A stretch of DNA of 64,000 nucleotides from an uncultured Planctomycetia bacterium (GTDB taxonomy: Bacteria > Omnitrophota > Gorgyraeia > Duberdicusellales > 4484-171): NCBI GenBank assembly GCA_964483625.1, contig CAZABB010000003.1, forward strand, positions 21,895-85,894, read 5' to 3'. The position numbers were made by a program, and so were the translations under genes. Below, piece after piece: positions 39,101 to 51,100 of the stretch. Each line of letters begins with the position of its first letter. Position 1 is the stretch's first letter. Under the pieces are notes generated by a model, which had not been told where the DNA came from, searched no databases, and worked only from the letters and a program-made list of their open reading frames with translations.

Positions 39101-42100
39101 GATTGCCGGGAGGTCGATCGAGGCGTTTTGCCGGTTTGTCGGCAATATATTAAAGAAACGGCTGGGAGGATTAATGGTTCCTACCACGGTGTATGATGCT
39201 TCGGCACTAAGACGGGTCGTGCAGATCCCGGGGAGGGAAATAGAGCTGGGTCTGGTTATTGTTCAGAGTAAGGTTGAAACGCTGAAAGAAAGAATAGATC
39301 TCCTTCTGGGAAATAGAGAGAAGATCATAACGTTGATGAAGGAAAGAAAATGGACCAGGGACGATGTGGCTGTTCAGAGGCAACACATCCGGCAATTGGA
39401 GGGAATCGATAGGGCCATGCGAGGATTGATCGATCAGTATTTTGGTTTACAGCGGGAGTTATGGCGGCGGGGCGTCATCGATGCCGATCCCCGCTTTATG
39501 GAAAAGTACGGGCTGATGCTGCTCAACGGCCGGGAAAAACTGGTTGTCATCGGTATCGACGGATTGACGATTGAGCCGGCCCGGTTTAATTCCGGCATAT
39601 ATCTTTCTTCGGATATACGCCCTGAGGGATTGCCCCGGCATATCGAGGAATACTATACGCGCCGGGCCAGGGAGGTTACCGCTGAATTTAACGAAGTGTT
39701 CAGGAAAGGGATGAATGAAAAACTCCCTGTTCCCGATGCCGCGGACGTTTCGATGCACGCTCTTTATATGCATCAGATCGTAAGTGAGCTTCGCCGTCCG
39801 AAAAAGAGGTTTTTGCGGGAAGGGTTTGCGCATATAGATTTCCGGGGTATTTCTCCTATATTCTTCTGGATCAAACTGTATCTTGATACCATGTATGTGC
39901 CGGGAACGTATCAGTATGAAATGATCGAAGGGATTTATGAAAAGATGATGGGAGAATACTTTGAAGAATTCATGCAGACGGAAGAAGACGCGGAAGTGTT
40001 CGCTTTGCTCTATAGGATTGCTTTGGAAGTCATGCGGGAAGAACGTGTCCCTCTGACGCCGATTACGGTGAACATGCTCATTCAGGAGTTGATCCAGTAC
40101 CAGCAGACAAAAAATCATTATGCGTTAGGGAACGGAGCGTTGATGGTCTCTTCGGATTCGGTCTTGCCGGGAGAAGCTGCCGACGATAATGAAAATGATG
40201 CTCCGCGGCAGCTTCGCTTGTTTAATTATGTACCGATCATGTTGATGATTATGTCGGGGGCTGGCGATGTTTTTCTTAAAGACGCTGCCAGCGAAGCATT
40301 ATGGATTATGTTCCTCGGCATTCTCACCGGTATTCTCATCGTCTTTCTTGCCGTTGATGTGGGGCGTATGCTTTACATCCGGAGTATGGGCAGACCATTG
40401 TCGACTATAGATCTGGTGCGTTTCTTCCTGGAACTGGTGGTTATCGTTGCCGGTGTATATATGCTGACGTCTCTTGCCTGTCAGTACCTGGACGGACTGT
40501 TTTCTCTGGGATTACTGGGGAGCGTCGTATTCATGGGGAGTATGAGTTCTGTAGGTTCGGTCACTCTCGAAAGAGAAGAGATGATCCTTCACGCCTTTGA
40601 AACAATGAATTTCCGCCGCAAGGCAATGCAGTGGATCCATGACAAGCGATCAGAAGATAATACGATAACCCCGGTGATTGTGGCCAATCGATCGTCGGGA
40701 TATCTATTTACCGCTGGTCTTATGGAGAAAAGATCCAGAATCGAGATAAGTAAATATTCCCGGGCGCTTTTGCGTAGAATAGTATTTTTGGAAGGGAAAG
40801 GAAGCTGGATTACAATCGCTGTGGTTATAGTAATTTTCCTGACGCGGGTGATGTTTGACCACGGCTGGATAGAAAAAGACACGGCGAGTTACACGTTTTC
40901 GGTGATTATTCTTCTGCCGCTAGGGGGGATTCTCGTGTGGCATGCGATGCTCTTTTTTCTGAACCGCGAAGATGGTGAGTATTTCCTTTGTGAGCGTTTC
41001 ATACCCAAGGAGCTGAAAGCGTTGGGAGTCGCTGATATCAGGGTCGTGACCGGGATGACCATACGTTCGGCGTCATACGAGAATGAAATCAATCGTGATA
41101 CGCTTCGCATCGAGAAGATTTCCCAAAAGGATTGGTATCTTCTGATGCGTAGAGATGTACTGCCCCTGGTGGTTGATGCTACCGCTCGTAAGGAGTCGAC
41201 CCGCCTGCCGCTTGCCTTTATGGGGTATCAATTATTTTTCTTTTTGAAGGAGGCGTTATACACCGCCCGAAAACGTGGCTGGGAGAACGATATGTCTCCC
41301 GAAGACGTATCATCTGTCCGTTTCGAATTTGACGGAAAAGGGATCTCAATCCATTGGGTTCTCTGGCCGGAGCCGGTTAAAATCGCTTCTGGATGGGCCA
41401 GGGAACTTATCGATGCGTACAATCTAAACTCCTTTCCCGAACAGGAGAAGGTCATCGATCAGGAGGGATATCGGATTGGGTTTGCCGGGGACGGTCCGTC
41501 GCGATCCGTAGCTTCCCTTTGGCAGGTTGCCCTGGAAGCCGAATTTCTTCCTGTTTTTATACAGGATTTCCGTCAGGGCAAACGGCATCCTTTCGATGAC
41601 GTTTCCGTACGGTTGTCTCCCTTGGGACGGGAATTGTTTGAAAAAACCTATTCTCATCACGTCAGTCATTACTGTAAGATGATATGGACTTTATGTTCAT
41701 TTATGGCTGCGGCCGGTTCAGGTGAGATGCGTAACGGGAGTTTCTTTGTTCTGGATATGGATGGTGTGCTTCTGGAGAGGAGGCAGGAAATCATTCCCTT
41801 CGTGTTGGAAGAAAAAATCGCCTTTCTCCTTTCCCATGGCCATACCGTTGTCATAGTTTCCCGGGCGGGTAAAGATACAATAGGGGAGAAAGTAAAGTAT
41901 CCTCTGAAACGATTTACCCTGCAATATCAGGAGTATTATCCCGGTGCGGTGGAGGCGTTGGAAGATCGCCTTTTTATTCTTTCCACAGAAGGAGGAGAGA
42001 ATAAGAGAGCCGTACTCGGTGAGTTTTTACAGAAACATGATGTGCCTGGTACGGTATTGATTATCGGCGATAATGAACATGGGCTGAGCTCGATTGACAG

Positions 42101-45100
42101 GGAAATGAAGGAGGCGTTTCCTGACGGAGGGGTATACTTTATCGAGGTAAGCGATACCGTAGACACTTTTTATCTCTTCCGGTTCCTTGTCGACTCGGGA
42201 ATGTTCATTGCGCGAAAAAATGGTGAAGAGGACGAATTGCCCGATACGTCTTTTCTTTGTCTGACCGGTATCATCGCTGCTATCCTCCTTCCTTTTTCTC
42301 TGAGACATGCTGTATCGGCGGAGCAGGTTTTTTGCTTTCTGTTCTGCATTTCCAGTATTATTTCGCTCGGGCATGTTTTATCGGGAGTTCGGGGCGGACA
42401 AAAGGGAAATGGTTCGCTATCCGGTGCCATAGAAGATATAGAGTCCATGAGTATAGAAGCCGTAAAGAAGGCTGTGAATGGCGACAAAGTCATTGAAGCC
42501 AGCGGCAGTCCCCGGGGAGGAAAATTCTTTATCTGGACCAGGGATAGTTGTCTGGGTATGTTGGGTGTCCTGCGATGGGTAGAGAGATTATTGAGGCAGG
42601 GTAATTGCGTCCCGGGCGAGTCGTGGCTCGAGGTTATCGAGAAAAACGTAGTCTTGCTTTTGGCTCATGTCCGAGAGGATGGGGCTGCCCCGGTGAATCT
42701 GGGACAGAAACGGTGGTATACGTTGCTGGGAAAACGTCATTTTCTTTCCCGTTTCCTTGACCGCTTCGTGTATGATCATTATGATCCCCGTTATGAAACG
42801 GCTTTTATGAAACGTAATGGTATGGCTTACGATAATAACGCTTTGCTGATAACCGCCGCCGCGGAGTATTATCAGATATGCGCCGAATATGATCCGGAGC
42901 GGGCGGATTCGTTTCTCAAGAAATGGTATCCCGTACTTTGTCGCTTGCTCCGGTGGTATTGGGACCACGCCGATGAGAGACGGGAGGTAATTCATGCGCA
43001 GGGACGGTTTGCCACTTGGATGGATTCGGTCAATAAACGAGGGCACATCGGTCTTATTCAGATTCTCTACCTGAACGCTTTGTATGCCTGCGCCGAATTA
43101 TCGCAGAGATACATAGCGGCGGGTGGGAAGGCGGAAACGATCCGGGCCGCACGCCGGGAGAGAGAGGTCTGCCGGATGTTGGCACAGCGGGTGAAAGAGA
43201 ATCTCCTGTCGGAATTCTGGGTTGAGAATGGTGATGGCACCGGGTATCTTCTCGACTGGATAGATGAGGTAGGCGAACCCGTTGTCCATTTCGATACCGC
43301 AACCAATTTACTGGCGATCTATCTGGGAGTTCTCGGCGAAGAACGGATACGGAGCGTGTTTACTTACATTGAACATGCCGGAATCGATCGGCAAGGGTTA
43401 ATTATGACCCGCTATCCTTCGATGTTTCCTGAACGTTATGTGGACCGGGGATACAAATTCATCGGAATGAAAGATTATCACGGAGGCAATACCTGTTGGC
43501 TGTGGCTGGAGGGGCTTTATCTCGGTGCTCTTTGCCGGGCGGCGGAACGGCGGGTATTCTCTTATGGAGAGCCGTATTATAGGAAAGCCGCCGAGAGGGT
43601 GGAAATACTTCATGCCGCTTTAACCGGGAAAGGGGAGATATATGAGGTGGCCGATGTCCGGGGTAATCCGCGGATATGGTGGCTCGGCCCGTGGCCGTGC
43701 CATCGCAGTCAAGGCCAGTTCTTCTGGGCCGCGGGGATGATCCTGGGAGGGATTACGCATTTTAAGATGAGGGAAGAACCAGGTCTTTCCGGCAGGTCGC
43801 TTAAAGATGTTTTTGCTGCGGGGAAGAAACTGGCGGTGCTGCGGCGCAGTTACGAAGAAAAATTGATTGTCGCGGTGATTCCTGCCGTGTTGATCGGGAT
43901 TGTCTTGTTTCTTTTATACGTTTTTTCCGTGGGAGGAGAGGAAATATCTATTCTCCCCGCAGGTTTTTCTCCCCTGCTGGGAGGGATGATCTTGGGAGTA
44001 CCGGATATGTCCCGGCCGTTGACTCGCTTGAAGAAAGCATATAAAGACGGGAGGGATTTTCTGGAACGCGTCGGATTACGTTGGTATGAAACGATTTCTC
44101 TTAGTAAAGCCTTCCGGTTATTGAAGGCAAGGAACAATCATCTTGAGTTTGAAGAAAAGACGATCATGGATTGTATTATGAAAAATATTGTAATTCGGAT
44201 TATCGATTTCAGGAACGTAGGCGCGGACGTCCAGGAAGAGAGGATAAGCCTTTTGAATATATTACGGATTGTTTCGTCTCTCTATCAGAAGCAGCATGAT
44301 TCTTTGCGTTCGGTCATCGTGAAAGAACTGTTTTATCCCGAACTGGAGCAATTACTCATCCCTTCGCCCTATGTGGATCCGGAGGCAAGTCAGGTGCGTA
44401 TTCATAGGGTAGAGGAGAACATTGTTCGTTTCTGCGAAGAAGGATTGGGAGTCGATACGGATTTGCGTGTGATCAATTCCCAACGCGCGTGTCTTCGGCC
44501 GAGTAAATACCATTGGATTACGCTTACCCTGAACGGCCGCAGATACGTCCGGCTGGTACCGGCGAATCTGCTTCTGGTCGACCTTTTACGGGAAGAATTC
44601 GGCATCACCTCGGTGCAGAAATCCTGCGCGAGCGGAGAGTGCGGTGTCTGTGCGGTGATCCTGAACGGCAGAGCACTGACCAGCTGTATCGTGTTGGCGG
44701 TAGAGGCTGACGGCGCGGAAATCGAGATTTCTGAGTCGTCGTCAAACCGCTTCTTCCAATGCCGCGGCTGTCAACGGGCGGCGGAAGCGGTGTGCCGCAG
44801 CTATCTCCGGCAAGGCAGTCTATCGTCGGGTGCGGTGTCTGAAGAAGATATACGGCAAGCCTTAGCCGGCCAGTTCTGCGCCTGTACCGGATTATCGTCA
44901 CCCGCGTTGCTCAGGGAAATGAGAAGGATGTTTCAAACAGAAGAAAGGGGGAAGGTGCGGAAAGATATGGTGAAAATTCCCACACCGCATCCGTCCAATC
45001 TAATTCCTACCAGTGGAATCCCTCCGTTTGATTATTATACGCCTCGGACGCGCGAAGAACTGTTCGCCATCGTCGAACACGCCGCGAGCCGCTCACGAAA

Positions 45101-48100
45101 TTGGATTGTCCGTGCCGGCGGCACGGATTTAGTGAGTCGTTTCAAACAGACCGCAGGTACGTCGCACTATCCGGAGGTCGTCATCTCTCTGCGTCTGATA
45201 GAGGAATGTAGTGTAGTTGAGGTACGTGATGGCAGGGTACGCATTGGCGCGGGAATTACCCAGAGCGATTTAATTGACCGCCGCCGAAATCCGAAGTTGG
45301 TCGAGTTTTTCCATACCGTTTTACCGGCATTGCCGCAGGTGATCGGCGTGATGAGTTCCGGCCGGATCCGGGAGAGCGCCACGATTGTGGGAAATGTAAC
45401 TCGCGCGTCGACTCGCGGCGATTTGATCCCGGTCTTGATGGTGATGGGTACCGAAGTGGTCGTTGTGCATCGGAATGCCGACGGTCGTATCGTCGAAAGA
45501 ACGGTTCCTTTACCGGAATTTTTATGGGCGGTTCCTCGCTTGAAAGAAGAAAAGCAAATCGTCGTTGCGATTAAAATCCCTCTTGCCGCGCGGCGTCAAG
45601 TCGTATTCGCAAAAGTAGGCGGTCGGCAGACTGAAGGTCAGTTCAAATGTAAAGTGAATGTGGCCGCCGGCTGGGAGCATCCGAAACAAGGCTTTCCGGT
45701 ATTGCGGGTGGCCTATGGCGGTATCCGGCGGCGGGCGGAGCTGATCGATCCGGGACTTACTGCGGGGTTAGTACAAAATTGGTATAAACAGGATGGGCAT
45801 CTTTCCGATGAGGACCTTAGGGAATTTGCCTGTGCCAGTACCGTCCACTATACCGATGAACAATATCATCCCGCGTTTCATGATCGGATTCACCGCGGAT
45901 ACGCCCAGCGGGTTGCTTTTACGCAACAGATAGGAGCGGAGTTGTTACGAGAACTTTTTCCTGAAAGTACTGCAGACTATCCTGTTCCCATCGAAATTCC
46001 GGCATCGTTTCATTATCATCGGCCCATGCGTCAAATAACGACAGGAGGAATTGATACCGCTGATCGTTATCCGGTAATGACGGCCGATACCGTCGTTTTT
46101 GATATCCTTTATGGTCACCGTTCGCTGCGGGTAATCGAGGATATTCCCGCTTACGTCCTCGCGCGCGCTCAATGGAAACAGCTGTTTCGTGACCTTTCCC
46201 GCCGTTTTCCCGACGATGCGGCGCAGAAATTAATCAATACCGTGAAAAGGCGGATCGCTCAGGAACGAGAGTACGCAAAAAGACAGGCGGTAAAAGCACA
46301 GATAGCGACGTTGGAGCCGACGGTAAAGACAGAACATACGTATGTTCCTGATGTGGCCCAACGTTTACGGGCGGTATTCGGTGATGATTATTATCACGTA
46401 CTGCCGTTGCGCATCCGGGATATCCCACGGGTATGGGAGAAATACGGTACTCATTTTGTGCGCCGCGATGAAGACGGGGCGTTATGTTTCCGCGCCCGGC
46501 TGAAGCGTATCGGAGTGAGTGAAGAAATGGCTGCATTTCTTTCTGACCCGGTACAGCGGGGTGTGGTATTTGGTAAAGACGTTCCCCGGGAGATAACCGA
46601 CGAAGCATTTCAACAAATCAGATTGTTTTATCTCTGTGATAATTCTGGTTTTATTGCGAGTCCTAATACCGTAGTGGGCTTTGTCTATGCCCGTAATAAA
46701 AATGATCTATCCCGCATTGTACAGGATATCGAAGTTAAACTGATGCCGCTTGATCCGGTAACGACGATTGCCGAGGCACCCGCATATCAGGACAGACAGA
46801 CTTATCAGCGGGGCGCGGAAGCACACGTCCCGGAAGGGGAGAATTCCGGTGAACTGCGCAGGAATATCGGCATGAGAAGTATTCCGACCATCGGCCAACG
46901 CAGTGAATTGGCCGTCTTTAATCTTTTTGACCAATCCGCTGTCTCGGAAATCACGCTGTTCAGCGATACGCAGAAGTCGGCGCGGACTCTTGTCTGGCTG
47001 AGAAAGCTTACCGGTGTCGCTGCGCGGCTGGTTATGACTCCGGCTGCCGGGGCGTTTGGAAAAAACCTGTTTGTCGACGCGCCGCTGGCCGGATTCTTGA
47101 TTCAAGGAATGCGACAGAAAATGAGGAGCGTCGCCGCGGTTTCGCGTCGAGGCGCGTTTTTGCTCGATTCTGAGAAAATATTTGACGCGCGCAGTGTGGG
47201 AGCGAATTTCCATTTGGAGTATACGTATGACGAACAAGGGAAAATAAGAGCACTCACGGCACGTATCGACGTGGATAATGGATCTGTGCCGCTGATAGAG
47301 GAGGTCAATGAAGAGTTGTTGAACCGGTTCAAAATATTGACCGTGCCGATGATGGATATCACGGCATTTGGGTATCATACCAATATCGAATGGTGCCCGT
47401 ACGGGATACGGGGATTTAACGCCGAGCTGTCGTTGACGGTAATGAATCAGATGATTGCCGATATCGCCCGGCATATTGCGCAAAAATACAACCGGGATGA
47501 ATGGGAGGTGTTCTGGGAGGTGTGGCAGATGAATTTGCCGGATGACCCGCGCCTTACGGCAGTTATCGAAAAAACGAAACAACACCGTCTGCCGAAAGAA
47601 GATGAAGATTCGTTTCTCGGCCAGGCATTGGTGATCAAACACGCGGTCTTTCCCGGTATGTCCGCGCGCGGCAGTCTCATCCGGCATGGGCCGGGACAAT
47701 GGGGGATGAACATCCCTGCCTATGAGTTCGGCACGAAACTGGGAGAGACGTTTGAGCAGGCGTTCAATGATATCCTTGGCCAGCGGTTTTCAGCACAGAA
47801 ATTGTTACACATCAGTCATCGGGAAGTTATCTGTGCCGGACCGGACGAGTCCGGTGATGATGTGGTCGGTCTCAAAACAACCGATGCTTCCGCTTCGACG
47901 GAAAAACTGCAGGCACTCGCTCAGGATATTATCGAGAGCGGGTTACAAGTCATCCGGCAGGATGAACGGTTTTGCATTGAGGGAGATCCCAAATCAGTGC
48001 GTATCTTTGATCATCAAAGCAATCGACCTGTAGAATATTTTGATGCGTTGGAGATGGCGATGACAGAGCTAAACCGGCGGGAAATCCAGGGGAGTATAGA

Positions 48101-51100
48101 CTGGAAGATTACCGATACAAATATTATCGATCATTCCGCGATCGGCACCGCACAGATGCGCGTTGAATACGATGCCGAGGCGGGGCGACTCGCGGTTACG
48201 GATATTGTCATCGTAGCGTCTGCCGGGAAGATCATGAGCGAAGAGCGTGCCGCCGAAAATATCCGCGGCGGGATTATGCAGACATTGCCGTTTCTTATCG
48301 TCGGCCGCGACCATGATGAATACCGCCAGCATTCCTTGGATCGTGCCAATGTCGTCATCCATTTTGTGCCCGGCTTTCTCGACCATGCCATCGGGATCGG
48401 GGAATTCCCGGTACCGCTGACTATGGCTGCCGGACTTCATGTGCTTGGCCAGACTGACGCCGACATCACGGGCCTGCCTGTGCGGGAAGAAACTTTGTTT
48501 CATGAATCTCCGCTGGCGGCAGGAGGGGGGCTTTTATTGTTCCTTCCGGCAGAAGGCCTCCTGTTCGAGGCAAAGTATTCCTTTCCCGTTCTCTTTATCG
48601 GTGCCGTTATCTTTATCTCCGCGGCAATCGGTTTTCTTTTCTTTTTGCGGAAACAAGAAGGTTCAATTATCCCTATCCTCGATGCGTTCTGTCCCTGTGT
48701 GACGGTATTGTCGTTTTTGATTCTGGGGTATGCTTTCTATCGCCATACTTTCTCAACGTGGTATGTTCTTCTCAGTGTAACCGTCGGCATTGCCGCGTTG
48801 ATCGCCATGCGGTGCGCGAAAATCTCATTGGAAATCGCTGCCCAGGACGTAGCGGCACTCAAACATTTCGGGTACAAAAAACGCGAGTGCCTGTGTACCT
48901 CGGGAATCTATTCGGTATTGAGACACCCTTATTATAATATGTTCCGTCTTTTAGCGACGTACAGCATCCTTCTGTACCCTTCTCTCTACACGGTTCTTGG
49001 CGGAATGTTTATTTTTCTCTATACCGAATATGCGGCGCATGTTGAAGAACAGTATCTCGAGGCAGAATACGGCGATGAATTCCGCATGTATCGCGATGAG
49101 GTTCCTGCCTGGCTGCATCAGTTTCCCGGCCGGTTTCTCTTGGTCCTTACGGCAATGGCGGTGGTGATCTATGTTCCCTGGCCGGCCGTAATTTCTTGGT
49201 TTGTCGTCGCCGGACTGTTCTTTCTGGGAGGGATCGATGATGTGGGACGCGACAGTAGATCCGAGAATAGAGACTGTGTGTGTTGCGGTTTAAAGGATCG
49301 TTATACCGATGTATTCCTTGATGAGGCCGGGGTATGTAATTTCTGCAGGGATTTTGCACGCCGCAAAGACACCGATGAAGGTCTACAGAAAGTTTTGTCG
49401 GAAAACAGGGAGGAACAACTGGAATATCTTGGCTCTCTCTTTGCCGCTGAAAGAAAGAGAACCGGGCAAAGGGGCCGTTCTTACGATGTTCTCGCCATGG
49501 TCAGCGGAGGAAAAGATAGTATCGCGATGTTATATGAATTGATAGCGATACACCGATTAAGAGTCTTGATCTATACCGATACTTCAGGCATACAGACCTC
49601 GACCGGGGTCGAAAACATTAGGGATGCGATGCAGACATTACATATTCCTCCCTCAAATTGGGTACATAACGATACGAATGCGGGGGTAGAAATATTTACT
49701 CCTTACCTGAGAAACAGGCAGTTACGGAATGCATTGCACCCGTGTACTTTCTGTAATTTTTTTCGAAAAAATCTTGTTGTAAGAGCGTATGAAACCGCAG
49801 CGCAATACGGTATTACCCTTATCGTCGACGGACAATCATATAAGGATATGGCCATATTCGATAACTATTATGCTCAACAGAGGCAGATAGCGAGCCGTTT
49901 TATCAGAGAGCATCCGGAAGAGACAGATTTGATTTCGGAACGTTACGGATACAGTGATTTCTACGATAGAGACTGGCTGCGGGAAAGATTCCCTTATATC
50001 CGGCAGATTTCGTACTGGCAGGAAATCTTTTACGATATGGACTATTATGTGGACTTTATAAAACGTGAGCTGAAATGGAAGGCGGATAGAGAGCCCTGTA
50101 CTACTTTATGTTATATCCCGGAACTTAAAAGACTCCTGTGGGAGGTTTTTGAAATAAACGGCGGGCAGAACGGATACATTCCGCCTCATGAGTGGATAAA
50201 AGCTTTTGAACGGCGTATCGGAGCAAGACGGAAAATTATGAACGGAAAGGCCTGGCCTGGTTCGGAGGCTGAAACGATACAACGGATCAAAGGAATACTG
50301 AGCCTTTTCGATATGGATATGGAAGATTTACTGGTTCAGTTAGACCAAGACAAGCAACGGAAAGCCAGAGAAATATTGGCGAGATTCCAGGGAGAAAAAG
50401 AATCTGCTCAAAAGGGATTTGCTTTTCTGCCAATATTGGTTGTTCCAGGAGCGATAACGGAATTTCAGCAGTTATCTCCTCCCATCATCCAGTATATCCT
50501 TATTTTTGTTTTCCTCCTGATACTATCTCTGTATATTGCTTTTCTTCTGCGGGAAAAGAAAAGGTTCTCTAAAGAAAGGAAATATTCACAGCGTTTTGAA
50601 CATGAAATTGTTCTCCCCGCCCACGAATCATGGCAGGCAGTGAGAGGGGTATTGCTGGATACGGTACGGGATGGTTGGCGAGAGCTATCGGCATATGGAA
50701 TTGAGACCGGCAGGTATCAGAATCCCCAAAATTGGCGGTTTAGTGAAATCGAGGGTGTACAGCGGTATATTCTGCGGACACTTTCGGGAGAAAGACGGTT
50801 CCTGGCGCTGGTTACCTTAAGCTTTACCCGGATGCTCATATCGGCCTTTTCTGATCATTGGGAAACCGCCGGGCCCCCGCAATTACTTCAGACCTATCTG
50901 GATGAGAAAGAGCGCTTCGTAAAGTTGACCCGGGCCGCCTTAGCCGGGCTGACGCCGCGGGAGACCGAACGGTATCTGGCGGGAGACGAGGCTGTGGTTC
51001 ATAAAGTCTTTCGTGCCGTTTCTCCTCTATCTCCCGAACGGGTGGGATCGTTCTTTGCCCGGAAAAAACACCGGGATCTTTTAACGTACTTTTCGCAAGG

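Noticed and set aside
47130-47170. Twin-arginine-like motif VSRRGAFLL.
   Set aside because: No hydrophobic h-region follows, and it sits inside a soluble domain. It is not a Tat signal.
46707-47699. 330-aa ORF on the minus strand. Other long minus-strand ORFs at 39459-40118, 11142-11783, 35769-36371 and 20475-21059 fall in the same category.
   Set aside because: All lie antisense to motif-rich parts of the giant ORF. Their translations are Arg/Pro/Ser-rich, low-complexity, and have no recognisable motifs. They are shadow ORFs of a GC-rich coding strand.
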